Positions 61,900 through 64,000 of a DNA stretch of 64,000 nt are shown in pieces; position 1 is the stretch's first letter, and the number at the start of each line of letters is the position of its first letter. The translations under genes and the position numbers were made by a program. The stretch comes from Vitrella brassicaformis CCMP3155 (Eukaryota; Protista; Chromerida), in assembly GCA_001179505.1 (NCBI GenBank), contig CDMY01000264.1, positions 1 through 64,000 of the forward strand. Reading direction: 5' to 3'. The notes beneath the pieces were generated by a model. That model had not been told where the DNA came from. It made no database searches and saw nothing but the letters and a program-made list of their open reading frames with translations.

Positions 61900-62820
61900 C
61901 GATGATGCCTATGGCTTTTTGGGGTACCAGGCGACGTAGTCCAACAAAGACGCCCCTTCCACAGTGAGTGGAGCGTTGAGCAGCCGACTGATGTCTTCGG
62001 TGAGGGGACTGGCACTGAGTAGGAACTCCATTCGCTGCATGATGAGCTTCTGAGTCGTCTTCGAGTTATTCCACTATAAGACAGCACACCACACCATCCA
62101 TACATAAATGCCCCCCCCTTTCCTTCTTCCTTCCCATCTTCTTTCTTAGCTCCCCATTCTCTTTTTCCCCTCACCTTCCAGTGTGCGAGTCGCATGCTGC
62201 GTCCCTTGTGAGCCCCCCTCTCATACACCCTGTCAGGCAGATGAGGCAGGCGGCTGAACGTGTACGCCCAGTGCCGCGATGCAGCATGACATCGATCTCA
62301 ACCAGTGTCCCCCGATGTTCAAGCACATCCAGAGATATCGCGCAGCCCTCCGTTGCTCCATCCCAACACCAACAAGCATTGCTGCCGGACAAAGTCGTTG
62401 AACGCATCCTCGAGCTGGTCGAAAACTGCGGGGCTGACGTATCCTGGGACAAGCCGATCCATTGCACGGCGGGAGTCTCTCGAGGAGCTCGTAATGTCGG
62501 ATCTCCTCGAATGAGTGGCCCCTGTGACGCATTTTGACGGTCCTGATGCGACGGGACAAATAGTCCTGATGGAGTCATCGCATAAGGAGGGCATCATGTG
62601 ACTCCACCCGTCTCGTCTCGTCTTTTCTCGTCGTGCGCCGTACAAGCTTGAGGGTTTGTTCATTCCAGCAATATCCCTGGCTGATGAATTTCGAGAAACG
62701 ACGATGGAAATCCACTCTCAAACCTCGCCGCGATGGAAATTTGGCTAGCATGATGGCGCCCATCAGCCGAGATATGCTCACACTTTTCAGTGATTCTTGA
62801 CACACGATTGACGGTTGCTG
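61900..62820 (-). pseudogene. Degenerate hypothetical gene fragments
   Basis: Coding-like pieces (SISRLMGAIMLAKFPSRRGL; RAMDRLVPGYVSPAVFDQLEDAFNDF; WNNSKTTQKLIMQRMEFLLSASPL...DYVAWYPKKP) separated by stops. Confidence 0.35.
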
Positions 62821-63809
62821 GTGGAATGGTGAAGGGCAATCACCATGTGCGTCTGTCCATCCATCCATCCACCCATCCATCCACACGCAGCATGAACAGT
62901 AAGTGGCCTTTCGCCGGCCGACAAACCAATGCACACCGTCACACATGATGGCCCCGTAGGCAGTCTTTTTGCGTAGGTGCGTGACTGACTTGCTATTCAG
63001 ACAGAGGCTGGCTGGCTGCCTGGCGTGTTGTGGTCTTCGTGTGTGTCAGCGTGAGTCACAGACGTTTGCCTGCGCCTGGCTCAGCGTGCGCATGGGCATT
63101 CAACTATGAATGCAGCGATGTGTGTCCACACTCTCATGCAACGATGGATGCACTTCGGCGTTGCGCTTCTGCCGGTAATGGCCACCACGACCATCACGGC
63201 AGCAAGATGCACTCTGTCACATTGACAGTCACACAGGCAGGCAGACAGGCAGGCCGCAGTTGTCCTCCATCGATCTGTCCGAGCCACAAACACCTCCGAT
63301 GGATCTGTCGACCCACCACAGGAGTACCGCTGCTCTGATTGACCAGCGAGGGCGACATCTGAGATGGCAAAAAGACCCGCACCCTCACACACACACACAC
63401 ACACACATACACACACACGGAGGCCTTCACACAGGCACCACAGGCAACGACAGACAGACAGACAGACAGACGGAGAGGCTTTTTTCTCAGTAGGAGCAAG
63501 AAGTCAGCCGGACGGTCACTATAAAACCGACCACAACACCACGAGGAGAGGACGGCTGGGAGGCATGCCGATCGAGAGGAAAAACGACATATCGTTCATC
63601 GCGCTCACGCACACACATCGATGATTGATTGATGAGAGGAAAAACTACAAACTGAGGCATCGCAGCGACCGAAAACTGCAGCATGCACAGCACGCGACAC
63701 GCGACACATGTACGGAGGACGTTACGGAGGTCGACACTTGGTAGAAAACCCAATCTCTCTCATCTGTCGGCAATCTGCTGCCGCAGGTGTGGGTTTGGTT
63801 TGTGTCGGA

Positions 63810-64000
63810 TCATGATCGCTTGATGGGCTTGACCATGAGGCCTCTGGGCTTGTAGCTGCACACACAGACACGACAGGCACGAGGAAGGACACACACAACA
63901 CAACACAACACGCAGGAATGCAGGGATGTGCCCATTGTGTGAGTGAGTCGCTCACGTGATTGAGTAGAAAAACTCCGGCTCGGTCGTGATCTCGAACTCG
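63810..64000 (-). CDS. 3' end of a gene entering from the right, probably a cytochrome P450 C-terminus
   Basis: Exon 64000-63956 (EFEITTEPEFFYSIT) and exon 63855-63810 (YKPRGLMVKPIKRS-TGA) are joined by a gtgagc...tgcag intron. This resembles the post-haem beta-strand tail of CYPs; the haem Cys motif lies outside the window. Confidence 0.5.
   Translation of the reverse strand, partial: SSRSRPSRSFSTQSRERLTHTMGTSLHSCVLCCVVCVLPRACRVCVCSYKPRGLMVKPIKRS

Larger units (their letters stand above)
1..64000. repeat. Pervasive intronic microsatellites (CA/GT, CT/GA, GGAT, GACA, GGCT)
   Basis: Examples: 824-910, 4630-4670, 8530-8590, 11310-11352, 22320-22400, 53380-53412. Confidence 0.95.

Noticed and set aside
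1-64000. rRNA, tRNA, CRISPR arrays, intact transposase/RT/integrase genes
   Set aside because: None recognised by eye. No regularly spaced repeat-spacer array, no cloverleaf-like sequence noticed, and no DDE, RT or Rep-helicase motifs. tRNAscan and Rfam were not run.

Overview
Eukaryotic, GC-rich, intron-dense window. Most introns are filled with (GT/CA)n, (CT)n, (GGAT)n and (GACA)n microsatellites. The style and gene content suggest a chromerid alveolate such as Vitrella brassicaformis (inference only). Confidently recognisable genes: VPS52 (minus, 3324-6661), an S28 serine carboxypeptidase that looks damaged (minus, ~9196-11884), a 2OG-Fe(II) oxygenase with a signal-plus-transit-like leader (minus, 15204-17283), a cytochrome-b5-fused membrane desaturase (plus, 19885-21902), an EF-hand protein (plus, 35244-36558), the listerin/LTN1 E3 ligase (plus, 40432-48862), a coiled-coil C3HC4 RING protein (plus, ~50922-55985) and probably the 3' end of a cytochrome P450 (minus, 63810-64000). 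Accessory material includes: a Crinkler/RHS-like modular gene whose C-terminal module recurs 38 kb away with a different N-terminus, fused to a decayed DEAH helicase; a CENP-B/pogo-type HTH exon lying upstream of OST-HTH-associated and zinc-finger exons; a small secreted LNR + ShK-like protein only 81 bp head-to-head with the EF-hand gene; and decayed paralogous ORFs at 56-63 kb. The desaturase has a His instead of Gln third box and an in-frame TGA that also creates a frame-preserving splice donor. I found no rRNA, tRNA or CRISPR array. There are two 300-N assembly gaps. All exon structures were derived by eye, and all family assignments come from motif recognition, not database searches.
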